Source of the DNA: Candidatus Acetothermia bacterium
GTDB taxonomy: Bacteria; Bipolaricaulota; Bipolaricaulia; M55B111
Direction of reading: 5' to 3'
NCBI GenBank assembly: GCA_046543235.1
Contig: JBKGZT010000014.1
Coordinates: 1 to 26,426, forward strand
Length of the DNA stretch: 26,426 nucleotides
Position numbers and translations under genes: made by a program. The first letter of the stretch is position 1. Each line of letters starts with the position of its first letter. This document shows positions 9,993-15,725 of this stretch, piece after piece. Below the pieces are notes generated by a model. The model made no database searches. It worked only from the letters and a program-made list of their open reading frames with translations, and was not told the DNA's origin.

Positions 9993-10615
9993 CGTGTATC
10001 ACTCCTGCAAATCCTTAGAAAGTTCTTCAAAATTTCCATTCCGTTCTCGGTCAGAATTGACTCCGGATGGAACTGCACGCCGTGGATCGGGTAGTCGTCG
10101 TGGCGAATTCCCATTATTTCGCCCTCCGTCGTCCTGGCGGTTACGTTTATCTTTTCCGGCAGGGATTCGGGTGAAAGCACCAGAGAGTGGTAGCGCGCCG
10201 CGGTAAACTCATCGGGTAGCCCGGCGAAAACCCCCCGGCAATCATGCTGGATCTTGCTCGTCTTGCCGTGGTAGAGGTCCTTGGCCGGTTTGACCCTTCC
10301 GCCGAACGCCACTCCGATTCCCTGATGTCCCAGGCAAACGCCGATCGTCGGGACTTCCGGAGAGAGCGTTTTCAGTACTTCGAGGGAAAGTCCAAAATAT
10401 CTGGTATCGTTTGGCCGGCCGGGTCCCGGGGAAATCAACAGTCCTTCGGGTTCGAGTTTTCTCAGTCTTTTTAGTTCTATCTCGTCGTTCCGGAATACGA
10501 GGGGCTCCAGTCCGAGCTCCCCCAGGTACTGGACGAGGTTGTAGGTAAAGGAATCGTAGTTGTCTATTACGACGAATCTTCTCTTCTTTTGACTATTGGG
10601 TTTCACGGGTATCAC
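9989..10615 (-). CDS. trpG: Anthranilate synthase component II (glutamine amidotransferase)
   Basis: IDNYDSFTYNL, SPGPG, GVCLGHQ, RYHSL, QFHPES. Confidence 0.97.
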   Translation of the reverse strand: MIPVKPNSQKKRRFVVIDNYDSFTYNLVQYLGELGLEPLVFRNDEIELKRLRKLEPEGLLISPGPGRPNDTRYFGLSLEVLKTLSPEVPTIGVCLGHQGIGVAFGGRVKPAKDLYHGKTSKIQHDCRGVFAGLPDEFTAARYHSLVLSPESLPEKINVTARTTEGEIMGIRHDDYPIHGVQFHPESILTENGMEILKNFLRICRSDTR

Positions 10616-12044
10616 CGCCCGAAATAGCTCTCTTCAGAGCCGCCAGCTTGTGATTTGTTTCTTCCCATTCCCCTGCAGGGTCCGAGTCCGCTACTATACC
10701 CGCACCCGCACGGAGCGAGAGCCGATTTCCGTACGTGAACAGGCTGCGGATCGTGATGCAGGTATCCAGGTCGCCGGTAAACGAGAGGTATCCGACTCCC
10801 CCTCCGTACGGTCCTCTGCGGCTGACTTCGAGCTCTTCGATTATTTCCATCGCTCGAATTTTTGGAGCTCCCGAGAGGGTTCCGGCCGGGAAGACCGTTT
10901 CGAAGGCGTCCATGGCGGACTTCTCCTCGGAAAGGGTGCCGTTTACTCTGGAGACCAGGTGCTGGACGTGGCTGAATTCCTTTACTTCCATGTATTCGGG
11001 TACTGTGACGGTTCCGTAATCGGCCACCCTGCCCAAGTCGTTTCGGGCCAGGTCGACGAGCATGTTGTGTTCCGCGCTTTCTTTTTCATCCGAAATCAGC
11101 TCCCGCCTCAGGTCGGCTTTCTCCTTCTTCGTCTCCCCCAGCGGTCGCGTGCCGGCAATCGGGTACGTCGTAACCTCGTCGTTCCTGACGGAGACAAGCT
11201 TTTCGGGGCTCGATCCTATAATCCGTCGATCGCCGAACTTCAGATGGTACATGTAAGGTGAAGGGTTTATGTCCCGGAGTCTTCGGTAGGCCTGGAAGGG
11301 GTCGCCGTCAAAAGCCCCGGAGAGTTTACGGGAGAGAACCGTCTGGTAGACGTCGCCGGCTCGTATATAGTTCCGAATTTCCTGGACGGCGGATTTGTAA
11401 GCTTGCCTCTCAAAGTCCGACTTCAATTTTTCTAGATCTAGTCCCTCCCCCTTTTTTTCGGGAGGTTCGGCGAGTCGTCTTTCCAACTCCGAGGATCGGT
11501 CCCCGTCGTAGGAGAAATACGTCAGGCTGTCGTCCCGGGAATCGTGAACGATCCCATCCAGGTATAGACCTGTCTCTAATTCGGGATAAGGGCCCTCGGA
11601 CCCGGGAGGCGAAAACTTCTCCATGTATTTAATCAGGTCGTAACCGGCATAACCCACCAACCCACCCAGGAACTTCCCCCGATCCGGTGTGGGGACTTTT
11701 ACGAGCCTCCTCTCCAGCTCCTTTAAAGCGGGCAACGGGTTTGAGGTTTTAAGAACTTCCTCTCCGTTTTCCTCGAAGCTTCCTTCGCTAAAAGTCAGGG
11801 TAGCTCGGGGGTTGAATCCGAGAAAGGTGTGTTTGGCCAGTTCTTCGGGTCCGGCAGTGCTTTCCAGAATGAAGCTATTTTCGAACCCCGCGTAAAGCCG
11901 ACGGTAGATCTCGAAGGGATCGTTTAGGTCCCAGTCGAGACGCTTTTTGGTGAGGGAAAGTTCACCTTTCGCAAAGGGAAGGAAATCACTCAGAAGTTGA
12001 TGTCTGGAACGCTTGGCTGTTTGGGGTGAGCCAAACCCGATCAC
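10593..12044 (-). CDS. trpE: Anthranilate synthase component I (true initiation site uncertain, see findings)
   Basis: ILES and NPSPYM feedback motifs, PIAGTR, EHNMLVDLARND, FPAGTLSGAPK, AGAGIVADS; first gene of the trp operon. Confidence 0.96.
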   Translation of the reverse strand: MIGFGSPQTAKRSRHQLLSDFLPFAKGELSLTKKRLDWDLNDPFEIYRRLYAGFENSFILESTAGPEELAKHTFLGFNPRATLTFSEGSFEENGEEVLKTSNPLPALKELERRLVKVPTPDRGKFLGGLVGYAGYDLIKYMEKFSPPGSEGPYPELETGLYLDGIVHDSRDDSLTYFSYDGDRSSELERRLAEPPEKKGEGLDLEKLKSDFERQAYKSAVQEIRNYIRAGDVYQTVLSRKLSGAFDGDPFQAYRRLRDINPSPYMYHLKFGDRRIIGSSPEKLVSVRNDEVTTYPIAGTRPLGETKKEKADLRRELISDEKESAEHNMLVDLARNDLGRVADYGTVTVPEYMEVKEFSHVQHLVSRVNGTLSEEKSAMDAFETVFPAGTLSGAPKIRAMEIIEELEVSRRGPYGGGVGYLSFTGDLDTCITIRSLFTYGNRLSLRAGAGIVADSDPAGEWEETNHKLAALKRAISGGDTRETQ

Positions 12045-12069
12045 CCAAATTTTTCATGCGTTCTTTCAT
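11986..12069 (-). CDS. Candidate second upstream ORF MKERMKNLGDRVWLTPNSQAFQTSTSE, overlapping trpE out of frame
   Basis: GGAGGT SD (12080-12075) 5 nt before ATG 12069; single TGG at 12033-12031; TGA at 11988-11986. Confidence 0.5.
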   Translation of the reverse strand: MKERMKNLGDRVWLTPNSQAFQTSTSE

Positions 12070-12103
12070 TCTGCACCTCCGTAAGTTTCTTGGAATTGAA
12101 AAT

Positions 12104-12133
12104 AAAAAAACTACGGGCAGAAATTGCCCATAG
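12104..12133 (-). terminator. Attenuator (intrinsic) terminator of the trp leader
   Basis: Minus strand CTATGGGCA-ATTTC-TGCCCGTAG followed by T7. Confidence 0.9.
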
Positions 12134-12198
12134 TGTAAGCTAAACTGGTTTGGAGCCACTTTAGGGTCGTACTCCAAACCTTACGTGAGCCAGAGCCA
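12104..12198 (-). promoter_or_regulatory. trp ribosome-mediated transcription attenuator
   Basis: Hairpin GGTTTGGAGT...GCTCCAAACC (12180-12147) right after the leader stop; alternative pairing of CCCTAAAGTGGCT with AGCTTACACTATGGG takes up the terminator 5' arm. Confidence 0.8.
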
Positions 12199-12264
12199 GT
12201 GAAAGTTCTTGTACAATGCTTTTGTTTTTGCCGTAACTTTTACCTCCAACTTTAAAGTGTTCAT
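12181..12264 (-). CDS. trpL: trp leader peptide MNTLKLEVKVTAKTKALYKNFHWLWLT (27 aa)
   Basis: Translated by hand; TGG CTC TGG near the 3' end; AGAGAGGT upstream; lies between the promoter and the attenuator. Confidence 0.85.
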   Translation of the reverse strand: MNTLKLEVKVTAKTKALYKNFHWLWLT

Positions 12265-12297
12265 TATTGCAGACCTCTCTTTGATTAAGTGATGGGA

Positions 12298-12326
12298 ATT
12301 ATAGGAGGCTGGTTTAAGGTTGTCAA
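12298..12326 (-). promoter_or_regulatory. sigma70 promoter of the trp operon
   Basis: Perfect TTGACA (12326-12321)-N17-TATAAT (12303-12298). Confidence 0.9.
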
Positions 12327-12714
12327 GATGATGAAGGTGCGGCTGCTGCTCGAAAGTAAGAACCTGGGAGCTTTGGCAACCCAGAAGTTAGACCTCAACT
12401 GGAGTCAACTTCCCCGCCCCTCCGGCAAGGCTTATAAGGAAACTATTTAAAACGAAAGTTATCTTCTCCGAAGATCCGAGACCCAGCAACCACAGTCCCT
12501 ACGAGCGGTTATGGGTTTTATTTAGGCTAAAAGGCCCAACAATAATTATCTCAACCCGTCCGTGGTATTGCTGGAAGGCGTTCTCCGCAATTTCAGCAAC
12601 CGGGTAACGAACTCCTAAGGGTATCCGGACATAGGCCGGAATTTCTAGTTAAATCACTCAAAAGTAGATTAGAATATAAAGTTCAAATTCATAGGAAGCT
12701 GAGGAAAAAGATTT

Positions 12715-12741
12715 GAACCGGGCCGACTTTTGGCCCGGTTC
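12715..12741 (-). terminator. Probable terminator hairpin downstream of hsp20
   Basis: 10-bp perfect stem GAACCGGGCC/GGCCCGGTTC, 15 nt after the stop; imperfect T-runs on both sides. Confidence 0.7.
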
Positions 12742-12756
12742 GCTTTTAAACTCTCG

Positions 12757-13218
12757 CTACTCGATTTCCACTTCAAAGGTATCTTCCTCGGTGAGCGATT
12801 CGCTCAATTCAACTTGAATATCGAGCACGCCGTCTTCAAAGGTACCCTTTAACTTCTCGTTACTATCCACTTCTTCGGGGAGCGCGAAGGTCCTTCTGAA
12901 CTTACCGTAGCGCCTCCCTCTGTGGATGTAATTGGCGTCCTCTTTTTCACCTTTCTGTCTGGTTTCACCGGTGACGATCAGTTGATCGCCCTTGACCTTG
13001 GTTTCGATGTCGTCCTTGCTTAATCCCGGCAGCTCCATTTCGTAATGGAGCACGCCGTCTTCCTCGTAAATGTCGGTGTTACCGAATCTTCCCAGACTTG
13101 AACTGCCAAAGAAGCTCCTGTCCAGATCCTTGAAGAGTTCGTCCAGCAGTCCACCGCTGCTAAAGGGAGATGGAACCTGATCGTCCGAACTCCTTCGTCT
13201 TCTGTTGGGTAGTGCCAT
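12757..13218 (-). CDS. Hsp20/alpha-crystallin small heat shock protein
   Basis: TDIYE, ELPGLSKDDI, RRYGKFRRTFALP, FEDGVLDI; GGAGGT SD 7 nt before ATG 13218 (ORF track starts at 13233). Confidence 0.95.
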   Translation of the reverse strand: MALPNRRRRSSDDQVPSPFSSGGLLDELFKDLDRSFFGSSSLGRFGNTDIYEEDGVLHYEMELPGLSKDDIETKVKGDQLIVTGETRQKGEKEDANYIHRGRRYGKFRRTFALPEEVDSNEKLKGTFEDGVLDIQVELSESLTEEDTFEVEIE

Positions 13219-13246
13219 TATGGCCACCTCCATTTATTTTTTCATT

Positions 13247-13273
13247 TTAGCAGAGTTATGGTTGCTTTGCTAA
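13247..13273 (-). promoter_or_regulatory. CIRCE-like inverted repeat (candidate heat-shock repressor operator)
   Basis: Minus strand TTAGCAAAG-N9-CTCTGCTAA versus canonical TTAGCACTC-N9-GAGTGCTAA; starts 4 nt downstream of the -10 box. Confidence 0.7.
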
Positions 13274-13277
13274 TTTA

Positions 13278-13305
13278 ATTATAAAAGGGATCGGCATTTT
13301 GTCAA
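13278..13305 (-). promoter_or_regulatory. sigma70 promoter of hsp20
   Basis: TTGACA (13305-13300)-N16-TATAAT (13283-13278). Confidence 0.85.
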
Positions 13306-13443
13306 GCCTGGAGAATTATCGTGGTCCGGTCCATGTGGTGGGAATTATTCCGATTACGATATTTTGGAAGGAAGGGGGCTAAGGAGTCACCGGCGTGAAA
13401 GAAGAAGAATGGTATCGGGTAAAATGGGATAGCCACCCTGAAA

Positions 13444-13851
13444 CTATCCCTCACAGACGTTAATCTGGTTAACCTGCTCCTCCGGAACTCCACAGTAACC
13501 AAGCAGCTCTTCGTTTTGTTGGACGGTTCGGCAGATACGACATATCCTCTTCGACAGGTCATCGACCTCCTCTTGCACGAGGTCCTCGGCCAGGTCTGTT
13601 ATCATTTTGTAGGTTCTGGGGTCCCTCTTTCTGATCTTCCCCCGCTTTTCACCCACGTACTGCGAAACCGCCGACTGGCTTATCCCGAGGAGGTTGCCCA
13701 CGGCCTTCTGTGTCAGGTCCATCTTCACCAGTTCCCTGGAGAGGCACGCTCTGATACAGGGGACTACGTGCCAGATAGCGACCTCGCATGGCTGTTTTAG
13801 GACAGGTTTCGTCTTGTCCTTGCCGCTCTTAAGCTGTTGCTCGCTACTCAT
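13444..13851 (-). CDS. HTH transcriptional regulator (archaeal-type, COG2522-like) with multiple Cys
   Basis: PCEVAIWHVVPCIRA N-terminus, HTH LTQKAVGNLLGISQSAVSQY, C-terminal CRIC; ATG 13851 preferred over TTG 13860. Confidence 0.8.
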   Translation of the reverse strand: MSSEQQLKSGKDKTKPVLKQPCEVAIWHVVPCIRACLSRELVKMDLTQKAVGNLLGISQSAVSQYVGEKRGKIRKRDPRTYKMITDLAEDLVQEEVDDLSKRICRICRTVQQNEELLGYCGVPEEQVNQINVCEG

Positions 13852-13993
13852 ATTTGACAAATCACCGGATGTTATTATAAGCTGGTCCTAAGTGGAAGTC
13901 CGTACCTGATCGTTCTTTTTTTGGCTGGTCTTGCCAATTTTGGCTCGGAAAACTCCAATTTTATCCTCTATACAATAATTCTGTTAACCGCCA

Positions 13994-14011
13994 TTATTAT
14001 CATGATAATAA
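13994..14011. promoter_or_regulatory. Perfect 18-bp palindrome, candidate operator
   Basis: TTATTATCATGATAATAA in the divergent intergenic region. Confidence 0.55.
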
Positions 14012-14134
14012 ACCCGATGCCTTGCGGCAACTAAAAGATCGTACATCTGATTATTAGTTGATCGAGCTGGGGTAACGAGGTCTTTTTGTGAAATAGGATT
14101 ATCGTTTGCCGGTCTACGGGGAAAGCTCCTGGCG

Positions 14135-14162
14135 TTGATTCAAGTGATTTAATTGTTATAAT
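14135..14162 (+). promoter_or_regulatory. sigma70 promoter with extended -10 for the downstream cluster
   Basis: TTGATT (14135-14140)-N16-TATAAT (14157-14162), preceded by TGn. Confidence 0.7.
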
Positions 14163-14163
14163 A

Positions 14164-14177
14164 ATTACAATTGTTAT
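14164..14177. promoter_or_regulatory. Candidate operator, copy 1
   Basis: ATTACAATTGTTAT near-palindrome at the predicted transcription start; identical copy at 24359-24372. Confidence 0.6.
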
Positions 14178-14260
14178 AAACACGAGGAAGCAACTATTTA
14201 AAGTGGCTGAGGCGAGTCTAAGGTTAACATCGGAAGAAAGTCGTTTAAGGAGAGGCGAAC

Positions 14261-14818
14261 ATGGCGGATAAAATTAGACTGCAGGTCGGGCGCAAAGAGG
14301 AAGGCGATCGGGTAGACGGGGTGAAGGTGGGACACGTCAGTTCGTTCGCTCTAATCCTGTCGATTCCGAAAGAGGGTGAGGAGGAGGCCAATCTCCCCGA
14401 GGTTCGTTTTCTCACCCAGGAAGGAAATACGTCGCCCGAACCCTACGGGCCGGACCGGGCAAGGACCTGGAAAAAGGCCAGCGAGTGGCTAATCGATAGA
14501 GTAATAACTCGCCATCCCAGGATAGAGGACAAAAGGTACGAAAACCGGGTTAAGGCCGAAAAGAAGTACCTTCACGGAGACCAAGAGCCCGATTATTACC
14601 GCTGGCAGGACGACGAGGAAAGCCTGGAGGAGGTAAGGCCTCTGTACGAAAGCGTGAGGAAGGAACTAATCGAGGAAATAGGAAGGCCGCGTAGGGAAGA
14701 TTTTGACCGACTTTTCCCTCACCAATACGATGACCCCGGGCTAAGCGAACGTGCCAGGAGGGCAGTGCGTGATCTGAAAGCCGTTTTCGGAGAGGAGATA
14801 CTGGTGTCGGATCTGTAG
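14261..14818 (+). CDS. Hypothetical cytoplasmic protein
   Basis: 185-aa ORF, AAGGAGAGG SD, host-like composition; no recognised motif. Confidence 0.75.
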   Translation: MADKIRLQVGRKEEGDRVDGVKVGHVSSFALILSIPKEGEEEANLPEVRFLTQEGNTSPEPYGPDRARTWKKASEWLIDRVITRHPRIEDKRYENRVKAEKKYLHGDQEPDYYRWQDDEESLEEVRPLYESVRKELIEEIGRPRREDFDRLFPHQYDDPGLSERARRAVRDLKAVFGEEILVSDL

Positions 14819-14915
14819 GGATGCGGAATGGAGGTGGTAGTTTTCATCTCGTTGGGTGTCAGGTTAGGTTGGAGTTCTTGATTCAATTATCCTATAACAC
14901 GGGGGTTTGTTAACA

Positions 14916-15503
14916 ATGACCGAGGAGATCAAGGAGAGAGAAGACGTAGTCGAAGAGGACGGAAGTTTGCTTGAAAACTTGAACAGGAGAGATTTCATCA
15001 AAGGTGCGGCCGCCGCGGTTGGAGGGATTGCCTTTAGCTCCCTGGCGGTTACCAACTTCGAGGCGGCGGCCGAGACAGGCCAGGACTACGTCATTGTTGC
15101 CGAAGTTGTCAAAGGTAGTTCCGGGTCCGTCGGAAAACCATGTGAGCTGACGAGCACGTTCAAGAAGGGCGAGCAGATAGTCTGGCACGCAGTGGTGTTC
15201 AGCGGGGAAACGGGAGAGAAGATAAACGACCACGAAGAAATCCAGGATAGAGGTCTTAAACTGCAGGTAGAGCTTGAAAACGGCGAGACGTTGGATATGA
15301 ATCACAGCGAGCACCCATCTGACGATTCGCCAAAGATCTATTATTGGGGAAGCTCCTGGAAGATTTCTCCGGGTGCCTCTACGGGGAAGTTGACCTATAG
15401 CATAACTGCGGAGGACGACGAAGGCCGTATGGGGAAACTGGAAATGTTTGGTGACAAGGAAGTGGATACATTTCCCCACGTGCTGACCATCGAAGAACGA
15501 TAG
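14916..15503 (+). CDS. Tat-exported beta-rich protein of unknown function
   Basis: NRRDFIK twin-arginine motif, hydrophobic stretch, AAA cleavage site; single Cys; GGGGGT SD before ATG 14916 (ORF track starts at 14907). Confidence 0.8.
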   Translation: MTEEIKEREDVVEEDGSLLENLNRRDFIKGAAAAVGGIAFSSLAVTNFEAAAETGQDYVIVAEVVKGSSGSVGKPCELTSTFKKGEQIVWHAVVFSGETGEKINDHEEIQDRGLKLQVELENGETLDMNHSEHPSDDSPKIYYWGSSWKISPGASTGKLTYSITAEDDEGRMGKLEMFGDKEVDTFPHVLTIEER

Positions 15504-15530
15504 GTTAGGAAGAGTTTAAAACTTATCCCG

Positions 15531-15566
15531 ACGAAAGGGGGGTGGTTGTCCCCCTTTCGTTTATTT
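15531..15566 (+). terminator. Intrinsic terminator or stabilising hairpin
   Basis: ACGAAAGGGGG...CCCCCTTTCGT 11-bp stem followed by TTATTT. Confidence 0.75.
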
Positions 15567-15725
15567 CACCACGAGTTTGACCCTCAGGGGAGTCCGGGCG
15601 CCAATATCCAGGGTATTTGCCTGTTATTAAACCGAACTGCCCTTGGATTGGCTCTGTATCCACGGGTTAACCTGGTAGCTGAAAGTTGCTGGCGTTATCG
15701 GGATTGATTGACTTGAGGAGGAAAG

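Noticed and set aside
5529-10615. Near absence of Trp residues in the Trp enzymes
   Set aside because: Real, but a known cognate amino-acid bias.
10596-11261. Long antisense ORFs (for example 10596-11261, 2863-3504, 14910-15479, 18442-18996)
   Set aside because: Shadow frames of well-supported genes, expected at this GC content.
11986-12177. 63-aa ORF from the track starting at TTG 12177
   Set aside because: It runs through the attenuator terminator and has no SD; only its 3' part from ATG 12069 has a ribosome-binding site.
12104-12290. T-box or TRAP-type control of trp
   Set aside because: No T-box consensus and no (G/U)AG repeat array; the leader peptide plus attenuator explains the region.
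12328-12450. About 40-codon plus-strand ORF MMKVRLLLESK...
   Set aside because: The apparent SD is too far upstream and lies within the trp promoter spacer; no recognisable features.
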